Shown in pieces: positions 33,362 through 43,314 of a DNA stretch of 64,000 nucleotides. The stretch is taken from assembly GCA_963825905.1 (NCBI GenBank), contig CAWGUL010000008.1:12944-76943 (forward strand), read 5' to 3'. Within the stretch, counting starts at the first letter, position 1, and each line of letters opens with the position of its first letter. The notes below the pieces were generated by a model. It did no database searches and was not told the origin of the DNA. It worked only from the letters and a program-made list of their open reading frames with translations. Position numbers and translations under genes: made by a program. Origin of the DNA: an uncultured Chloroflexia bacterium. GTDB taxonomy: Bacteria > Chloroflexota > Limnocylindria > QHBO01.

Positions 33362-35318
33362 CCGACTGGTCGCGGATCGTGTTGACAACGTTCGCGTCGG
33401 CGAGCGTGGTGACGTCACCCAGGTTGCGCTGCTCGGCGATGTCCCGGAGCAGCCGCCGCATGATCTTGCCGGAGCGCGTCTTCGGAAGGTCAGGCGTGAA
33501 CATCAGCTGCTTCGGCCGCGCGAACTTGCCGATCACCTCGGCCACGTGCTCGCGCAGCTCGGCGGCCAGGGCGTCGCCCGGCGCGTTGCCGGAACGCAGG
33601 ATCACGTAGCTGAAGATCGCCTGGCCGGTGATCGGGTCCGACCGGCCCACCACCGCGGCCTCGGCGACGGCGGGATGCGAGACAAGCGCAGACTCGACCT
33701 CGGTGGTCGAGATGCGGTGGCCGGAGACGTTCATGACGTCGTCCACGCGGCCGAGGAGCCAGTAGTAGCCCTCCTCGTCGCGCTTGCACCCGTCGCCCGG
33801 GAAGTAGCGGCCCGGATAGCGCGACCAGTAGGTCTGCTCGTAGCGCTCCGGGTCGCCGTAGATCCCGCGCAGCATGGCCGGCCACGGGCGCTCGAGGACG
33901 AGATAGCCGCCGCGCCCGAGCGGGACCGATGTCCCGGCCTCGTCCACGACGTCGGCCTTCACGCCGGGGAACGGGAAGGTGGCGCTCCCCGGCTTGAGGG
34001 TCGTGATGCCGGGCAGCGGCGTGATCATGATCATCCCCGTCTCGGTCTGCCACCATGTGTCGACGACCGGGCAGCGGCCGCCGCCGATCTCCTTCCAGTA
34101 CCACGCCCACGCCTCCGGGTTGATGGGCTCGCCGACGCTGCCGAGCAGGCGCAGCGACGACAGGTCGTCGGCGGCGAAGGCGTCGGCGCCGTACTTCATG
34201 AGCGCTCGGATCGCGGTCGGGGCGGTGTAGAGGATCGTGGCGCGGTACTTCGCCGCCACCTGCGCCCATCGGTCCTTCTCCGGGAAGTCGATGGCGCCCT
34301 CGTAGATGACGCTCGTCGTGCCGTTCGCGAGCGGCCCGTACACGATGTAACTGTGCCCCGTCACCCAGCCGATGTCGGCCATGCACCAGTAGACGTCGCT
34401 CTCCGGATGGAGGTCGAAGATGTACCGGTGGGTGGCGCTCACCCCGGCGAGGTAGCCGCCGGTGGTGTGCATGATCCCCTTCGGCTTGGCCGTGGTGCCT
34501 GAGGTGTAGAGGAGGTAGAGGAGGTCCTCGGAGTCCATCGGCTCCGGGTCGGCGGTCGTCGGCTGGTCGGCGACGAGGTCGTGGTACCAGTGGTCGCGCT
34601 CCGCGTGCCAGTCGACGTCGGCGCCGGTGCGCTGGACGACCACGCAGTGCCGGACCGATGTCGTCCGGCCGATCGCCTCGTCCGCGGCGTGCTTCAGCGC
34701 CACCGCGGCGCCTTTCCGATAGCCGCCGTCGGCGGTGATGACGACGCTGCACGACGCGTCGTCGATGCGGTCCGCCAACGCATCGGCGGAGAAGCCGCCG
34801 AACACCACGCTGTGCGGCGCCCCGATCCGGGTGCAGGCGAGCATCGCGACGGGCAGCTCCGGGATCATCGGCATATAGATCGCGACCCGGTCGCCCTTCT
34901 TCACGCCGAGTGAGCGCAGCGCGTTCGTGAAGCGGCAGACCTCGGCCAGGAGCTCGCGGTACGTGATGGTGCGGCTGTCGCCCGGCTCCCCCTCCCAGTA
35001 GTAGGCGACCCGGTCGCCGAGCCCGTTCGCGACGTGGCGGTCGAGGCAGTTGACGCTGACGTTCAGCTTCCCGCCGAGGTACCACTTCGCGTAGGGCATG
35101 TCCCAGGTGTAGAGCTCGGTCCACGGCTCCATCCAGTCGAGGCGGTTGCCCTCCGCGGTCCAGAAGTCGCGGAAGCCATCCTCGGACGCGGCCCGCTCGT
35201 AGATCCCCGGGTCGGTGGCCATGGCGTTGGCGATGAACGCCGCCGAAGGAGGAAACGTCCGCTCCTCGCGGAGCAGGTTCTCGATCGCCTCGGGAATCGC
35301 GGGCTGGTCGTCGCTCAT
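33345..35318 (-). CDS. acs: Acetyl-CoA synthetase (acetate--CoA ligase)
   Basis: LYTSGTTAKPKGIMHTTGGYL, WWQTETG, YFPGDGCKRDEEGYYWLLGRVDDV, PKTRSGKIMRRLLR. ATG at 35318 preferred (track start 35357). Confidence 0.9.
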   Translation of the reverse strand: MSDDQPAIPEAIENLLREERTFPPSAAFIANAMATDPGIYERAASEDGFRDFWTAEGNRLDWMEPWTELYTWDMPYAKWYLGGKLNVSVNCLDRHVANGLGDRVAYYWEGEPGDSRTITYRELLAEVCRFTNALRSLGVKKGDRVAIYMPMIPELPVAMLACTRIGAPHSVVFGGFSADALADRIDDASCSVVITADGGYRKGAAVALKHAADEAIGRTTSVRHCVVVQRTGADVDWHAERDHWYHDLVADQPTTADPEPMDSEDLLYLLYTSGTTAKPKGIMHTTGGYLAGVSATHRYIFDLHPESDVYWCMADIGWVTGHSYIVYGPLANGTTSVIYEGAIDFPEKDRWAQVAAKYRATILYTAPTAIRALMKYGADAFAADDLSSLRLLGSVGEPINPEAWAWYWKEIGGGRCPVVDTWWQTETGMIMITPLPGITTLKPGSATFPFPGVKADVVDEAGTSVPLGRGGYLVLERPWPAMLRGIYGDPERYEQTYWSRYPGRYFPGDGCKRDEEGYYWLLGRVDDVMNVSGHRISTTEVESALVSHPAVAEAAVVGRSDPITGQAIFSYVILRSGNAPGDALAAELREHVAEVIGKFARPKQLMFTPDLPKTRSGKIMRRLLRDIAEQRNLGDVTTLADANVVNTIRDQSGKGEE

Positions 35319-35378
35319 CTGCGGACGCGTTCCTTCCGTGCTCGTCGGGTGAGCCACCGATTCTAGGTCGGCACGCGG

Positions 35379-36305
35379 CTAGGCAATGATGCTGTGCGCG
35401 CGCTGCGGATCGGGACGCAGCGCCTCCAGCGTGCGCAGGAAGCCCTCGACGATGGGTGTCGGCTCGACGTCCCGCCGCCGCGCCACGACGATCTGCCGGC
35501 GCACCGGCGCCATGTCCGCGACGACCACCGGGAAGAGGCGACCGGTGCCGATCTCGGCGGTGACCGATGTTGCCGGCAGCAGCGCGATCCCGAGCCGCTG
35601 CTCCACCATCCGCTTGGCGGCGTCGATGTTGTCGACCTCGAGGTAGCCGAGCGGGTCGATCCCGGCCTGCCGGAAGATGCTCGACGTGAGCTCGTGGTAG
35701 CTGCTCGTCCGGTCGAAGAGGATGAGGTGCTCGGCGCGCAGCTCGCTGAGCCGGATCTGCCCGGAGGAGGCGAACCGGTGCCCGCGATGCACGACGAGCA
35801 GCAGCTGGTCCTCGTAGAGCGGCGTCTGGGCGACCTCGGGGTCCGGGATCGGGCGCATGAGGCCGACCGCCACCTCCTCGCGGCGCACCATCTCGAGCAC
35901 CTCCTCGGAATGGCCGCTGCGCACGGACAGCTGAACGCCGGGGTGCTCATCGCGGAACTGCTGGAGGACGGCCGGCAGCACGTACGTCGAGACCGCCGGC
36001 GCCGCGCCGATGGTGAGGCGTCCGGCGGTGCCGGCAGTGATCTCCGCCACCGCGCGCCGGCCGCCGTCGGCCGCTGCCAGCACCCGCTCCGCATACGGGA
36101 GGAGCGCGCGGCCCGCGTCCGTCAGGCGGCTGCCAGAGCGGCCGCGCACGAAGAGCGACGCGGTGACGGCGTGCTCCAGACCCTGGATGCGCGCCGTCAC
36201 CGCCGGCTGCGAGACGAGGAGCTCCTCGGCCGCTCGGCTGAACGTGCCCGCGCGGGCCACCGCGAGGAATGCCTCGAGCTGAGCGAGCTGCAGCTGATCT
36301 TCCAT
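35379..36305 (-). CDS. LysR-family transcriptional regulator
   Basis: LAQLEAFLAVARAGTFSRAAEELLVSQPAVTARIQGLE HTH and a LysR substrate-binding domain. Divergent from the aceA region. Confidence 0.9.
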   Translation of the reverse strand: MEDQLQLAQLEAFLAVARAGTFSRAAEELLVSQPAVTARIQGLEHAVTASLFVRGRSGSRLTDAGRALLPYAERVLAAADGGRRAVAEITAGTAGRLTIGAAPAVSTYVLPAVLQQFRDEHPGVQLSVRSGHSEEVLEMVRREEVAVGLMRPIPDPEVAQTPLYEDQLLLVVHRGHRFASSGQIRLSELRAEHLILFDRTSSYHELTSSIFRQAGIDPLGYLEVDNIDAAKRMVEQRLGIALLPATSVTAEIGTGRLFPVVVADMAPVRRQIVVARRRDVEPTPIVEGFLRTLEALRPDPQRAHSIIA

Positions 36306-36327
36306 TCCGGCTCAGTATAGGCGTTGC

Positions 36328-36343
36328 TGATGGTTGCCATCCA
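36328..36343. promoter_or_regulatory. Near-palindrome TGATGG-TTG-CCATCC in the low-GC LysR/aceA divergent region; candidate LysR-type binding site
   Basis: tgatggttgccatcca. The inner ATGG-N3-CCAT is perfect. It lies 23 nt upstream of the lysR start on the opposite strand. Confidence 0.35.
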
Positions 36344-36389
36344 ATGAATCGTCTTTACCGATGGTCGGCGTCCCGTCACCCTTGGGGGC

Positions 36390-36566
36390 ATGATCCAGAC
36401 ACCCGCTCCCCTCCCGGTCCATCCGAACCCGCCGATCAGCACCGGGGCCGATGCGTGGCTCGCGTGGCGTGCCGTGGCACCCGAGCCTGACGTCCAGCTC
36501 AGCGTGGCCGAGCTGGCCGAGTGCCACTGCCCCGACCTCTGCAACCGCGACCACGCGAACGAGTAG
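36390..36566 (+). CDS. Unannotated small ORF (58 aa) with C-terminal Cys/His motif, 6 nt upstream of aceA
   Basis: Below the track size cutoff. My translation: MIQTPAPLPVHPNPPISTGADAWLAWRAVAPEPDVQLSVAELAECHCPDLCNRDHANE*. GC-rich third positions. TAG at 36564-36566, then gcaccg, then the aceA ATG. Confidence 0.4.
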   Translation: MIQTPAPLPVHPNPPISTGADAWLAWRAVAPEPDVQLSVAELAECHCPDLCNRDHANE

Positions 36567-36572
36567 GCACCG

Positions 36573-38867
36573 ATGACCGTCGCCGAGCGCCCGGCGGCGC
36601 CTCCCGTCGAGCCATCCGCCTTCGACCGCGAGGTCGACGCCACCAGGGGCTGGATGGCGGGCGATCGGTTCGCCGAGATCATCCGCCTCTATTCGCCACG
36701 GAACGTGGTCGAGCAGCGCGGCACGATCGTCACCGACTACCCGGTGGCGCGCATCGCTGCCGACCGGCTGTACGCGCGGCTGCGCGAGCTGTTCGCCGCG
36801 GGGCAGGCCGTCACCACCTACGGGCCGTACAGCCCAGGGCAGGCGGTGGCGATGAAGCGGGCCGGCATCGAGGCGATCTACCTCGGTGGTTGGGCGACAT
36901 CGGCCAAGGGATCGGCGACCGAGGATCCCGGGCCGGATCTGGCGAGCTACCCGCTGAGCCAGGTGCCGGACGAGGCCGCCGGCCTCGTGCGTGCGCTTCT
37001 CGCCGCGGATCGCAACCAGCGCTTTGCGCGCTCCCGGATGACCGCCGCCGAGCGCGCCGCGAGCCCCGAGGTCGACTTCAGCCCGCTGATCATCGCCGAC
37101 GCGGACACCGGCCACGGGGGTGACGCCCACGTCCGCAACCTCATCCGGCGCTTCGTGGAGGCCGGCGTGCCCGGCTACCACATCGAGGACCAGAAGCCCG
37201 GCGCCAAGAAGTGCGGCCATCAGGGCGGCAAGGTGCTCGTCCCCTGCGACGAGCAGATCAAGCGCCTCAACGCCGCGCGCCTCCAGCTCGACGTCATGCA
37301 GGTCGCCGGGATCATCGTCGCCCGGACCGATGCGGAGGCGGCGAGCCTCCTCGACGGCGGGGGCGACGAGCGCGACCAGCCCTTCATCCTGGGCGTCACG
37401 CGCCCCGACGTGCCGTCGTACAAGTCCGCCTACCTCGCCCTCATGCAGCGCCTCCAGCGCGCCGGCGTCGACGACCTCAACGGGCATCGCATCTACGCCC
37501 TCTCGCAGGCCGAGACGGCGGCCGCCGACGGTTGGCTCGAGACGGTCGGGCTGGCTGCGGTCATCGACGAGGCGGGGCGCGCGCATGCCGCCAGCCCCGG
37601 AGCGTCGCCCGAGGACGCGCTCGAGCGCGTCGCCGACCGCTTCCTCGAGGCGTGGGAGCGCGCCGCCGGCCTGAAGACCTACGGGCAGGCGGTTGCGGAG
37701 GCGATGGCGTTCCGTGCCGACGAGGGGATCGAGCTCGAGATGACCGCCGCCGAGTGGGAGACCTTCGCGGCCGGCGCGTCGTGGGGCGATGCACGGACGC
37801 GGGCGCGGCAGATGGGCCTGAACGTCGCCTGGGATCCCGATCTCGCGAAGACACCGGAGGGCTACTACCAGGTCGCCGGCGGGATCGACTACGCGATCGC
37901 CAAGTCACTGGCCGTGGCCCCGTTCGCCGACCTGCTGTGGATGGAGACAAAGACCGCCGACCTGGCCGATGCGCGGCGCTTCGCCGAGGCGATCCACGCC
38001 GTGTACCCCGGAAAGATGCTGGCCTACAACCTCTCGCCCTCGTTCAACTGGGACACCACCGGCATGAGCGACGACGAGATGCGGGCGTTTCCCGAGGAGC
38101 TCGGCCGGATGGGCTTCGTCTTCAACTTCATCACCTACGGCGGCCACCAGATCGACGGCCTCGCCGCCGAGGAGTTCGCCACCGCGCTGCGCGACGACGG
38201 CATGCTCGCGCTGGCGCGGTTGCAGCGCACGCTGCGACTGCTCGAGTCCCCGTATCGGACGCCGCAGACGCTCGTCGGCGGGCCGCGGGCCGACGCCGCG
38301 CTCATGGCCGCCTCGGGCCAGACGGCGACCACGAAGGCGATGGGCGTCGGCTCCACGCAGAAGCAGCACCTGGTGCAGACCGAGGTGCCGACCCGGCTCC
38401 TGGCGGGCTGGCTCGAGCGCTGGGCGACCCATTACGGCGTCGCCGGACCGCTCGAGGTCACCCTCCGTCCCCACACCGCCGGCTCGGAGGTGCTCGAGCT
38501 GGCCGTCACCGGGGCCGATGGCGAGCGGCTGGCAAACGTCGTGTTCGCCACCATCGCCGACCGACGCGGACGAACGATCCTCTCGATCCGCGACCAGAAC
38601 ACGCTCGATCCGGCGCTGCGCCGGAAGCGGCTGATGACGCTGCTGCACCTCTTCCTCGTCCATCGCTACCGGGCGTCGTCGGTCCACTACCTCACCCCGA
38701 CCGAGGACAACCGCCGCCAGACCGAGCGGATGGCCGCCGGCGGGATCTACGGTGCGGTGCACGACGAGGTGGGCGATATCATCGTGGCCGACGTCGATTC
38801 GGGGGCGATCCGCGAGCTCGTGGCCACCGACAGCGCCGCGCTCAGCGCCCTGATCGCGGTGGGCTAG
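36573..38867 (+). CDS. aceA: Isocitrate lyase, long (ICL2/AceAb-type, 764 aa)
   Basis: ICL signature [24 protein letters not shown] and ARTDAEAA. The length and extra C-terminal domain match the long actinobacterial ICL2. Confidence 0.9.
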   Translation: MTVAERPAAPPVEPSAFDREVDATRGWMAGDRFAEIIRLYSPRNVVEQRGTIVTDYPVARIAADRLYARLRELFAAGQAVTTYGPYSPGQAVAMKRAGIEAIYLGGWATSAKGSATEDPGPDLASYPLSQVPDEAAGLVRALLAADRNQRFARSRMTAAERAASPEVDFSPLIIADADTGHGGDAHVRNLIRRFVEAGVPGYHIEDQKPGAKKCGHQGGKVLVPCDEQIKRLNAARLQLDVMQVAGIIVARTDAEAASLLDGGGDERDQPFILGVTRPDVPSYKSAYLALMQRLQRAGVDDLNGHRIYALSQAETAAADGWLETVGLAAVIDEAGRAHAASPGASPEDALERVADRFLEAWERAAGLKTYGQAVAEAMAFRADEGIELEMTAAEWETFAAGASWGDARTRARQMGLNVAWDPDLAKTPEGYYQVAGGIDYAIAKSLAVAPFADLLWMETKTADLADARRFAEAIHAVYPGKMLAYNLSPSFNWDTTGMSDDEMRAFPEELGRMGFVFNFITYGGHQIDGLAAEEFATALRDDGMLALARLQRTLRLLESPYRTPQTLVGGPRADAALMAASGQTATTKAMGVGSTQKQHLVQTEVPTRLLAGWLERWATHYGVAGPLEVTLRPHTAGSEVLELAVTGADGERLANVVFATIADRRGRTILSIRDQNTLDPALRRKRLMTLLHLFLVHRYRASSVHYLTPTEDNRRQTERMAAGGIYGAVHDEVGDIIVADVDSGAIRELVATDSAALSALIAVG

Positions 38868-40087
38868 GCAGCCGTCGCGGCCGGAGTCCGCGGGTCGCGG
38901 GGAACGGCGCGCACGAGCAGCGCCGCGACGAGGTACGAGCCGGCCATGACGGCGAACGCGGGCGGGTAGCCCCAGCGCGCCACGATCTGGCCGATGACGA
39001 ACGCCCATGCCGCGCCGATGCCGAAGGCGGCGGTGAAGTACACGCTGAAGGCGACGTCCCGCATCGGTCCGTCTGCCCGATCGGCGAGGTAGGCCTGGAG
39101 GACGGGCGACTCGCTGAAGACGGCCGTTCCGAACGGGATGAGGAGCGGCACCAGCAGGACGAGGTTCGCGCCGGCGGCGAGGAAGGCCAGGATCCCCGCC
39201 GCGGACACCAGGTAGTAGCCGACGAGGACGCGCTGCCGCCCGAACCGGTCCGACAGCCAGCCGGCCAGGAGCGGGCCGACCACCGAGCCGACCAGGAGGA
39301 TGAGGTAGAGCAGGCTCGTGGTGCCGCTGTCGATGCCAAGCGGACCGGTCAGGTAGAGGAGCATGAACGGCGCGACGATGTCGAGGCCCCGGCCGCCCGC
39401 CGCGACGAGCGAGGCGAGGAGGATGAATCGCAGGTCGCGGCGGCCCAGCACCGTCCGCAGCTGATGGCCGACGCTGCCGCCCGAGCGGGCCGCCGCGCGG
39501 TACGACCGGTGATCCTCGCGCACGAGCAGACCGATGAGCAGGCCGATGACGAGCGCGGGCACGCCGACGACCGCGATCGTCCGCTGCCAGCCGATCGTCG
39601 CGAGCAGCCCGGCGCCGAGCAGGCCCGAGCCTGCGAGGAGCGGGACGAGGATCGTGCCGAGGTTCCCGCCGGCGATGTGGGCGCTGATCGCGAAGCCGCG
39701 CCGCTCCGGCGGGAACGCGTCGGACAGGAAGGCGTTGCCGACCGGGTGCTGCGGGCTGGCGCCGATGCGCGAGGCGCTGATCCCGGTGAGCAGCGTCCCG
39801 ATCGATGCGGCGGTGCCGGCGAAGAGGAGGCTCACGCCGAAGAGGAGCTGGCCACCGGCGAGGAGCAGCGGGCGCGCCACGTAGCGGGTGACAAAGCCGT
39901 ACGCGACCTGCATGAGGCCGCCGACCGCGGTGGTGATGGCGATGAACGTGCCGATGTCGGCCGCGTTCAGCCCGAACTCGCGCACCACGATCGGGTACAC
40001 GAGGGGCATGAGCGCCGAGAGGGCGTGGATGACGGCGTGGCCGGTGGCCAGGAGGACGAGCGCGAGCATCGGCCGCCGGATGCGCAC
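38864..40087 (-). CDS. MFS transporter
   Basis: 12-TM pattern. Start probably GTG at 40087 ([17 protein letters not shown]) or ATG at 40069. The track start at 40168 would overlap the divergent MarR gene. Confidence 0.75.
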   Translation of the reverse strand: MRIRRPMLALVLLATGHAVIHALSALMPLVYPIVVREFGLNAADIGTFIAITTAVGGLMQVAYGFVTRYVARPLLLAGGQLLFGVSLLFAGTAASIGTLLTGISASRIGASPQHPVGNAFLSDAFPPERRGFAISAHIAGGNLGTILVPLLAGSGLLGAGLLATIGWQRTIAVVGVPALVIGLLIGLLVREDHRSYRAAARSGGSVGHQLRTVLGRRDLRFILLASLVAAGGRGLDIVAPFMLLYLTGPLGIDSGTTSLLYLILLVGSVVGPLLAGWLSDRFGRQRVLVGYYLVSAAGILAFLAAGANLVLLVPLLIPFGTAVFSESPVLQAYLADRADGPMRDVAFSVYFTAAFGIGAAWAFVIGQIVARWGYPPAFAVMAGSYLVAALLVRAVPRDPRTPAATAA

Positions 40088-40109
40088 GTGCGGAGTAGGA
40101 TCAGCCACG

Positions 40110-40580
40110 ATGCCGGGCACTCCCACGGGCACGCGCGCGGACGACCTCGAGGCGCGCCTCGTGGCCACGATCGCTCCTGTGTTCCGTCACCTCCTGTCGC
40201 ACGCGCGTCGGCGCCCGGCATGGAAGTCGCTCACATTCCAGCAGTACAACGTGCTGCGCATCATCGACGGCGAGGAGGCGATGCCGCAGGCCGAGATCGC
40301 GCGGCGGCTGCTCGTGTCCGCCCCGGTGGTGACGCGGCTGGCCGCGACGCTCGTCGACAGCGGTTACGTGCAGCGCGGTACCGATCCGGCCGACCGCCGG
40401 ACGGTGCGGCTGTCGCTCACCCTCAAGGGCCGGCGCAAGGTGCGCGCGATGCGGCGCGACCTGCTCGCCGCCGCGACAGAGCTGCTGGCGCCGCTGCCCG
40501 GACCACGCCGCGCTGCGCTCGGGCGCGCCCTCGAAGAGCTCCAGGTGCTCCTGCCAAACCGGAAGACGCCCGCCCGTTGA
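40110..40580 (+). CDS. MarR-family transcriptional regulator
   Basis: From ATG at 40110: LTFQQYNVLRIIDGEEAMPQAEIARRLLVSAPVVTRLAATLVDSGYVQRGTDPADRRTVRLSLTLKG. Confidence 0.85.
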   Translation: MPGTPTGTRADDLEARLVATIAPVFRHLLSHARRRPAWKSLTFQQYNVLRIIDGEEAMPQAEIARRLLVSAPVVTRLAATLVDSGYVQRGTDPADRRTVRLSLTLKGRRKVRAMRRDLLAAATELLAPLPGPRRAALGRALEELQVLLPNRKTPAR

Positions 40581-40604
40581 GACGCGATCGCTGGCAGCCC
40601 CGGG

Positions 40605-41924
40605 CTAGGCCCGCGCGGCCGCCGCCGGACGGTCGCCGGCATCCTCGTCGGGAGCCGTCGCGCGGCGGCGGGCGGCGGCCCGTTCCTGTGCCGGCACCCG
40701 GACGCCGAGCTGCCACGCGACGAGGAGGACGAAGAAGCTCGAGAACAGCGCTCCGAGCAGGAAGCCGGCGGGCGCGCCCCACAGCTCGGCCACCGCACCG
40801 GCGAAGAAGCCACCGATCGGTGCGCTGCCGGCGAAGACCATGACGTACAGGCTCATCACCCGGCCGCGCAGCTCGTTGCTGACCGTGTTCTGGATCATGA
40901 CGTTGATCGTGTTGACCATCAGCATCGAGGCGAAGCCGAGGAACAGGATCACGACGTAGGCCGGGATCGGGGTGCGGATCAGGCCGAACAGCACCTCGAG
41001 CACGACGAAGCCGGTGCCGCCGAGGATGATGAGCCGCAGCATGGGCCGCCGCGAGCCCATGAAGGCAAGCGTCAGCGACCCGGCGAGCGAGCCGACGCCC
41101 ATGGCGGCGAAGAGGGCGCCGTAACCATCCGCCTCGAGGCCGAGCGTGTTCTTCGCATAGAGCGGCAGCAGGGTCTGGAAGTTCATGGCGAATGTCGCCA
41201 TCCCGCCGAGCAGGACGAGCGGCCACAGGACGTTGGGCGTGCGCAGCGCGTAGCGCATTCCCTCGGTGAGGCTGGACCGAACCGAGGCGAACCGCTCCGG
41301 TCGCACCGCCCGGTGGAGCGCCGACGGCACGATCATCCACAGGCCGACGAGCACCGCGAGGAAGCTCAGCGCGTTGAGGCCGAAGTTGAAGGCCGGCCCC
41401 CACAGCGCGAGCGTCACGCCCGCGACGGCCGGGCCGACGACGCGGGCGGCGTTGAACGAGGCCGAGTTGAGGGCGATGGCGTTGATCAGGTCCTTCGGCG
41501 GCACGAGCTCGGCGGCGAAGGCCTGGCGAACGGGCATGTCGACGGCGCTGATGAGGCCGCGGAAGACGGCGAGCGCCATGATCAGCGGGATCGTGATGTT
41601 CCCGCTTAGGGTCAGGCTGAAGAGAATGCCGGCCTCGATCATCGCGCCGATCTGGGTGGCGATGAGCGCTTTGCGCTTGTCGACCCGGTCCGCCAGCACC
41701 CCGCCGAGCGGCGCCAGCACGGTTGCCGGCGCGAACTGCAGGGCGAGCACGATGCCGAGCTGGAGCGGCGACCCGCCCAGCAGCAGGACAAGCCACGGCA
41801 GGCTGACCGACTGCATCCAGGTCCCGACCAGGCTGATGACCTGGCCGATGAAGTAGAGCCGGTAGTTGCGATGGCTCATCGCGGCAAAGCCGCGCCGGAA
41901 TCCCCCGCCCGGGGCGGCCGGCAT
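40605..41924 (-). CDS. MFS transporter (MFS_3 / EntS-like family)
   Basis: HRNYRLYFIGQVISLVGTWMQSVSLPWLVL.., ..GGVLADRVDKRK... Start uncertain (ATG at 41924, 41879 or 42011). Confidence 0.8.
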   Translation of the reverse strand: MPAAPGGGFRRGFAAMSHRNYRLYFIGQVISLVGTWMQSVSLPWLVLLLGGSPLQLGIVLALQFAPATVLAPLGGVLADRVDKRKALIATQIGAMIEAGILFSLTLSGNITIPLIMALAVFRGLISAVDMPVRQAFAAELVPPKDLINAIALNSASFNAARVVGPAVAGVTLALWGPAFNFGLNALSFLAVLVGLWMIVPSALHRAVRPERFASVRSSLTEGMRYALRTPNVLWPLVLLGGMATFAMNFQTLLPLYAKNTLGLEADGYGALFAAMGVGSLAGSLTLAFMGSRRPMLRLIILGGTGFVVLEVLFGLIRTPIPAYVVILFLGFASMLMVNTINVMIQNTVSNELRGRVMSLYVMVFAGSAPIGGFFAGAVAELWGAPAGFLLGALFSSFFVLLVAWQLGVRVPAQERAAARRRATAPDEDAGDRPAAAARA

Positions 41925-42002
41925 CGGGGCGCCCTCGTCCTGTCGGCCGATGACGCGCAGCGGCGGCCGCGCAGCGGCGAGGAGGCGACGAGGCAGCGTG
42001 GC

Positions 42003-42017
42003 GAGGGTCATCGTTAG
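42003..42017. promoter_or_regulatory. Perfect 15-bp palindrome GTTAGC-AAC-GCTAAC in the MFS / serine-hydrolase divergent region
   Basis: gttagcaacgctaac in a locally AT-richer stretch (tcgttagcaacgctaacaaaagttcac). Confidence 0.4.
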
Positions 42018-42101
42018 CAACGCTAACAAAAGTTCACGGAGTTGCCAAGCCCCCGGCCCTTGCCGCGGCACGGCTCGGTCGGCGAGAATCCGACTCGTCC
42101 C

Positions 42102-43308
42102 GATGCCATCTGCCCGACGCCGATTCCCGCTGCGGCCGCTCCTCGGTGCGCTCGTCGTGCTTGCCGTGCTCGCCGCGCCCGCCCTCGGCTTCGTGCCGGC
42201 GGCGAACCCGGCCCGCTACGACGGCACCGACCCGATCCCGCCGCACTGGCGACTGCCCCATCGCTCCGCGCCGGCCATCCTCCCCGACCCGTTCGCCGTC
42301 GCCGAGCCGGCCGCGCTGCAGGCGGCGCTCGACCGGGCACGCGGGGTTGCCGGCTCGTATGGGCTGACGGTCGCGATCCTCCACGACGGAGCCGCCTGGA
42401 CCGGGGCCGTCGGGGTCGCGCGGGACGGCACCACCCGGCTCCGGCCCGACACGCCATTCGTGATCGGGAGCGTGACGAAGACGTTCGTCACCGCCGCGAT
42501 CCTCCAGCTCGCCACGCAGGGCGCGCTCTCGCTCGACGACCAGGTGACGCGCTGGCTGCCCGGCCTGAAGGTCGCGACCGGCGTCACGATCCGTGAGCTG
42601 CTCACCCACACCAGCGGGATCGCCGACCTCTATCCCCCGCTCCACCAGCAGCTGATCGCCGAGCCGCAGCACGTGTATACCCGCGCGGAGGTGCTCGGTC
42701 GCATTGGCGGGGCGTGGTTCGCGCCCGGGATCGATTGGGGCTACTCGAACACGAACTTCGTCGTGGCCGGCATGGTGCTCGAGCGCATTACCGGGGAGCC
42801 CGCCGAGACCGCCCTGGCGCGCATGCTCACCGGTCCGCTCGGCCTCACCCAGACGTGGCTTCTCGCCGGCCGGCGCGCGGATCCCTCGATCCTCGATCCG
42901 TCATGGGCCACCGCCTTCTGGACCGCGGGTGCGATGCAGTCGACCGCGGGCGACCTCGCGCGCTGGGGCGCGGCCCTGTACGGCGGGACGGTGGTGACGC
43001 CGGTCCAGCGCCGCGCGATGACGACCTTCAACGCCGACGACTACGGCATCGGGACGCGGCGCTTCGTCTTCGGTGCCGAGACGGCCGTCGGCCACAGCGG
43101 GCTGCTCGCCACCACGAGCACGCTCCTCCTCTGGTTCCCAAGGGAGCGCACCAGCGTGGCGATCATCGCGAACCGTGCGCAGGTCGATGTCGCGGGCGTG
43201 CTCGCGGCGCGCGTCGCCGGCCGGCCGTCACTCCTCGAGCTGGCGCTTGGTCCGAAGGCGCAGCTCAGCGCGCCAGCGCCAGGTCCGGCGGCAACGCCGC
43301 CCAGGTAG
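42102..43308 (+). CDS. Serine hydrolase, beta-lactamase/DD-peptidase (class C-like) family, secreted
   Basis: From ATG at 42102: signal peptide RPLLGALVVLAVLAAPALG; active-site FVIGSVTKTF (SxxK); YSNTNF (YxN). Confidence 0.8.
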
Positions 43309-43314
43309 CGCCGG

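Noticed and set aside
37211-40843. 1210-aa ORF on the plus strand, the longest in the track
   Set aside because: It is an alternate frame of aceA and then antisense to the MFS gene. It is extremely Arg/Gly/Pro/Asp-rich and has no stop codons only because of the GC bias.
42003-42017. Canonical DtxR/IdeR iron box
   Set aside because: The half-sites match, but the spacing (5 nt between GTTAG and CTAAC) differs from the 19-bp consensus with its single central base. It is kept only as an unassigned palindrome.
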